This document shows, piece by piece, positions 59,198 to 64,000 of a DNA stretch of 64,000 nt. This DNA comes from an uncultured Chloroflexia bacterium. Lineage in GTDB: Bacteria > Chloroflexota > Limnocylindria > Limnocylindrales > CSP1-4. A program made the translations under genes and the position numbers. Each line of letters starts with the position of its first letter. Position 1 is the stretch's first letter. Below the pieces are notes generated by a model. It did not search any database. It was not told the origin of the DNA and saw only the letters and a program-made list of their open reading frames with translations. The stretch is from positions 672,001 to 736,000 of the forward strand of contig CAVVYR010000006.1 of the NCBI GenBank assembly GCA_963752475.1. The letters are read 5' to 3'.

Positions 59198-62100
59198 ATG
59201 GGCGATCGGTTCCATCCCATCTCGATGGAGCAGCTGACCGATTGGGTGTTCGACGAGCTCGAGACGAAGGACTCGATCTTCGGCGTGCCCCGCGCTGCCT
59301 TCTTCGTACCCGGCCCGGCCGACCGCTTCAAGGTCGACGTCTACGGCCGGACGCTCGAGACGCCCTTCGGCGTGGCCGCCGGCCCCCACACGCAGATGGC
59401 CCAGAACATCGTCGTCTCGTGGCTCGTCGGCGCTCGCTTCATCGAGCTCAAGACCATCCAGACGCTCGATGAGCTCGAGATCGCCAAGCCCTGCATCGAT
59501 GTCGAGGACGAGGGCTACAACGTCGAGTGGTCGCAGGAGCTGAAGGTCTTCGAGTCCTTGGACGAGTACCTGCGCGCCTGGGTGTTGGTGCATGCGTTGC
59601 ACCGGAAGCTCGGCTTCCCGGGTGACCCGGGTGTCGTCTTCAACATGAGCGTGGGCTACGACCTCGCAGGCATCAAGCAGCCCAACGTGCAGTGGTATCT
59701 CGACACCATGCGCGACGCGTCGGCCTACCTGCCGCAGTACGTCGACATCGTCGCCCGCCGCTTCCCCCAAGTCCGCGAGCTGGACATCCCAGCGACCGTC
59801 TCGGACACCATGACGCTCTCGACGATGCACGGCTGCCCTCCCGACGAGATCGAGCAGATCACGCTTGTACCTGCTGCAGGAGCGGAAGCTGCACACGTCG
59901 GTGAAGTGCAATCCGACGCTGCTCGGACCCGAGCGCGTGCGCGGCATCATCAACGACGACCTTGGCTTTGGCGATGTGCCGGTGCCGGACGAGGCCTTCG
60001 GCCACGACCTCAAGTACGTCGACGCCGTGCCCATGATCCACAACCTGCGCCGGGTAGCGGCATCGGAAGGCCTCCAGTTCGGGCTCAAGCTCTCGAACAC
60101 GCTGGAGGTGGAGAACTGGCGCTCGACGTTCGATGCCGAGGGCATGATGTACCTGTCGGGCCGGGCACTGCACCCGGTGACGGTGAACCTCGCGGCCATG
60201 CTGTCCGAAGAGTTCCGCGGCGACGTGATGCTCTCGTACGCCGGTGGGGCCGATGCTTTCAACGTGGCCGACCTGCTGGCCGCTGGCATGACCACGATCA
60301 CCGTCTGCTCTGACCTGCTCAAGACCGGCGGATACCTGCGCTTGCGTCAGTACACCGAGAACTTGGCAACGGCGATGGACGAGGTCCAGGCGGCCGACCT
60401 GGCCGACTTCCGCGCCCGTCGGGCGGTGGGTGTCAATGGCTTCAGCGAATTCGCGCCGGTGCTGCACTGGTCATCGCTGACCGACAGCAGCCTGGCCCTC
60501 GACCTCGACGCCTGCGCCTCGCTGGGCACCACCCTCGCAGACGGACCTGGTGCTCCGCTCGATGCCGCCCGGGCTTGGGCCCTCGAGCACGGTCATGACG
60601 CGGAGGCGCTCGTGGCGCTCGTCTCGAAGGTGCTCGCGCGGCTCAACCTGCGCCGCTACGCAGGGGAGGTCCGCGGCGACTGGCGCTATCAGAAGAGCTC
60701 CTTCCGCACGGATCGGTCCAAGACGACGCGGGAGCTCGGGCTCTTCGATTGCATCCAGGCCCCGTGCGTCGACGAGTGCCCGGTCGACCAGAACGTGCCG
60801 CTCTATATGAACGCCGTGCGCGATGGCGATCTCGCCGAGGCTGTGCGCCTGACGCGCGGCGACAACCCGCTGCCCTCGATCCTGGGCCATGTCTGCGATC
60901 ACCTCTGTGAGACGACCTGCATCCGGACGCACCTGGATCAGCCGCTCGCCATTCGCCACATGAAGCGGTTCATCATGGAGCAGGAGGGACAGCCGCTCAT
61001 CCCGCTGCAGCGTCCCGCCCGAGGCACCAGGGTCGCCATCATCGGTGCAGGGCCGGCCGGCCTGTCCGCCGCCCAGGCGTTGGCCGAGTCTGGCTTCGCC
61101 GTCACCATCTTCGAGGCACACGAGTACCCGGGCGGCATGGTCGGTGGGGCCATCCCCGAGTATCGGCTGCCACAGGCCGCGATCGACCAGGACATGGCCA
61201 TCCTGCGCGGTCTTGGCGTCGAGATCCGCTATGGACAGTCAGCCGGGGTCGACCTCACGCTCGACGACCTTCGGGCGGATGGGTTCGAGGCCATCTACGT
61301 GGCCGTGGGCGCGCAGCTGGCCAAGCGGCTCGGACTACCGGGCGAGGATGCCGAAGGCGTGATGGATGCCTTGGCCTTCCTGCGCAGCGTGCGCGAGGGC
61401 TCGCCGCTGTCGGTGGGCCCACGTGTCGGTGTCATCGGGGCGGGCGATACGGCCATGGATACGGTTCGCTCCGCACTGCGTGTGGGCGCCTCCGAAGCCT
61501 CGCTCATCTATCGCCGGACGATCGACCAGATGCCGGCCGACCCCGAGGAGATCGTGGCCTGCCGCGAGGAGGGAGTGGGTATCGTCGAGCTGGCGAAGCC
61601 GGCGTCGATCCGTGTCGAGGGCGGACGCCTCGCCGGCCTTGTCTGCACCCGCACTGAGTACGCCGGGGAGCGTGATCGCGCGGGCCGCAAGATCCCGGTC
61701 GACGTGCCCGGCTCCGAGTTCGAGATCGAGCTGGACACGCTCATCCTCGCCATCAGCCAGCACTCGGTGCTGGACTTCTTCGGTGACGAGCCACCGGAGC
61801 TGACGCGTGGCGGCTACATCGATGTCGACCCCTTCACGTTCGAGACGTCCATCCCTGGGGTCTACGCCGGCGGCGACGTCGCCCTCGATGGGCCCTCGTC
61901 GATCGTCAAGGCCGCGGCCGATGGCAAGGCCGTGGCGCGGGCCATCGCGACCGCTCTTGGGGGTGAGGTCGCCGACGAGTCGCCCGAAGCGCCGGCGCCG
62001 GTGGACCTGCCGGCCATGATGCAGCGACGCGCGCGTCGGGAGTATCGGGTGCCCGTCGAGCACACAGCACTCGAGGACCGGGCGGGCTTCGAACCGACGG

Positions 62101-62758
62101 TCCTGGGATACACGCCCGAGCAGGCCCAGGCCGAGGCGGCACGTTGCCTCGACTGCCACACCATCTGCAGCCTGTGCGTCGGCGTCTGTCCGAACATGGC
62201 GCTGATGACCTACGAGTCACAGCCATTCACCGACCGCCCTGCCGATCCTGCGCGTCGAGGAAGGCGAGATCGTCAACGGCGAACGGCGCGCCTATCGAGC
62301 AGAGCAAGGACTCCAGATCGCGGTGCAGACCGACTTCTGCAACGAGTGTGGCAACTGCGTGACGGCCTGTCCCACGTCGGGTGAGCCGTACCGCGACAAG
62401 CCGCGGCTCTACCTTGACCGCGCGGACTTCGAAGCCCAGGCCGACAACGCCTTCATGCTGCTCGACGACGGTGCCATCGAGGGACGCTTCGGCGGGGAGA
62501 CACACCGCCTGTCGATGAATGGGCCGTGGAGTACGAGGCGCCGGCCTTGAGCGCGAGGCTCGAGCCGGGCTCCTCTGGACCTGCTGGAGGTCGAGTCGAG
62601 ATGTAGACGCCGACGCTGGCTCGATCTCGCTGGAACCGGCGGCCACGATGTACGTCCTGGCGCGTGGACTGCGAGGATTCCATGGAAGCACTTGCCCCGT
62701 GCATCGACTGACGAAGGAGATGGCACTCTGGCGCCCGACCGCCCGACCACCGAGGTAG
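59198..62758 (+). CDS. ygfK: YgfK-like Fe-S flavoprotein, several frameshifts (~59863, ~62240, ~62522, ~62575); end approximate
   Basis: GVAAGPHTQMAQNI, NVEWSQEL, MHGCPPDEIE, KCNPTLLG, KLSNTL, GAGPAG, CLDC…CSLCVGVCPN, CNECGNCVTACP. Confidence 0.85.
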
Positions 62759-62893
62759 ACCTCAGGGCTGGCAATCCCCCGAATGGGGCCGGCGACGGGC
62801 TTGTATATACGCGCTGCGCTAGGCTGGTCGTCACAGGTGCCTGAGTCCCGGGCTGCCGGAGCGACGCAGGTCTTGGGAGGGATCCAGGCACCG

Positions 62894-63861
62894 ATGCGAA
62901 CCACCCGACTCCGCCACGTACTCGCGGTAGTCACCGCGGCCGCGGTGCTGGCCATCGATGACCGCGGCCACGGTGGCGAGCCCCGCCAGTGCGGCCAAGC
63001 CCAAGATGCCAGGGCAAGGTGGCCACAATCGTCGGCACCCGGAAGAGCCGAGCTCATCGGCGGCACCGCCGAGCGCGACATCATCGTCGCCCATGGCGGC
63101 AACGACCGGATCTACGGCCGAGGCGGCAACGACCTCATCTGTGCCGGCACCGGCAACGACCTCGTCGTCGGTGGCCCCGGCGCCGACATCCTCTGGGGCC
63201 AGCTCGGCAACGACCGCCTCCACGGTGGTCCCGGTCCCGACTTCCTCGCGGGCCAGGTGGGCGATGACCTGCTCAACGGCGGGATCAGTGTCGACAAGTG
63301 CTTCCAGGGCACCGGCGTCGGGCCAGGTCGTCGAACTGCGAACTGCCCGCCACCGCCCCCGCCCCCGACGCTCGTCGTCGCCTACGCCGACGCCAACCCG
63401 AACCACGCCTACGATGCCGGTGACGTGATGATCGCCGAGATCGTGGACAGCGACCGGAGCGGTGGGGTCAGCGTGACCGACACCATCAACATGGGCCAGT
63501 ACCCAACGAGGCTCGATGCGCGACGCCGGCCCCGGCGCGCATCCGCCAGACGATGGAGCCTTGGCAGGTCAAGTCTCACATCATCACCGCTATCGACGCG
63601 GTGACCGCGAACTGGGTCATCGTCACGGGTGCGGGCGGCACACACAGATGGTTCCGCAAGATCGGCGTCAACAACGATGAGTACCAGGAGAGCGGGTCAG
63701 GCGATGTCTCGGATTTCCGGGATCCATTCGGTGTCGACGTCCCGGACACCGTCGTCCTTCAGCCGAATTCGCCGAGTCGACCGATGAGCGAGGACTACCA
63801 ACTCGAGGCGCCCGGCCGAGGCGATGACTTCTTCATCGATGTGATCTTCTACACTCCCTGA
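62894..63861 (+). CDS. Secreted RTX-repeat protein, paralogue 4 (multiple frameshifts)
   Basis: Pieces in ORFs 62783, 62958, 62989 and 63553 assemble to the same architecture; ends GRGDDFFIDVIFYTP. Confidence 0.8.
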
Positions 63862-63881
63862 CGCACCGATCGGCACGAGCC

Positions 63882-63917
63882 AGTGAAGGCCCACCCTGTC
63901 GAGGCCGGGCCTTCACT
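63882..63917 (+). terminator. Hairpin downstream of RTX paralogue 4
   Basis: AGTGAAGGCCC…GGGCCTTCACT followed by TGT. Confidence 0.65.
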
Positions 63918-63934
63918 TGTGCTCGCGAGCACGC

Positions 63935-64000
63935 TAGGATGCAGCGATCGTTCGAGGGGCACCGGACCCCGGGGGGCGACGCAGCTACTGGGAGGGTCCC
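63935..64000 (+). promoter_or_regulatory. Promoter/leader matching that of RTX paralogue 2; predicts a fifth paralogue beyond the window
   Basis: GCGACGCAGCTACTGGGAGGGTCCC matches GCGACACAGCTACTGGGAGGGTCCC at 53772-53796. Confidence 0.7.

Noticed and set aside
59850-59870. Programmed frameshift or selenocysteine recoding in ygfK
   Set aside because: No slippery heptamer or in-frame TGA at the break; several further indels indicate error

Overview
High-GC bacterial chromosomal window. Gene style suggests Chloroflexota (Limnocylindria-like); this is inference only. Core genes: ccsA-type cytochrome c biogenesis, HAD phosphatase, adenosine deaminase, pepA, prepilin peptidase, three M23 peptidases, glgC, an OafA/OatA-type acyltransferase, NUDIX, a ROK-regulated amino-sugar ABC/NagZ/SIS operon, heliorhodopsin, a DUF917-hydantoinase-peptide ABC operon, bioY, an ABC-2 exporter, tRNA-His(GUG), tRNA-Arg(UCG), an LLM oxidoreductase and ssnA/ygfK. 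The main candidate for a new system is a 27-aa signal-peptide-like micro-ORF (…AAPLRW) followed by a DUF5317 membrane protein with an LspA-like aspartate pair and a coupled multi-GAF diguanylate cyclase, i.e. a possible peptide signalling module. Other notable items: a family of at least four (probably five) secreted RTX-repeat paralogues with conserved ends and a hypervariable, mosaic core near tRNAs; CarH/LitR-like 11-bp repeats over the heliorhodopsin -35; an integrase scar with a duplicated gene 3' end; a scrambled IS630 with an N-to-A biased duplicate; and pervasive leaderless promoters. Several single-base frameshifts, densest at 59-64 kb, are probably assembly errors. All family assignments come from motif recognition, not database searches.
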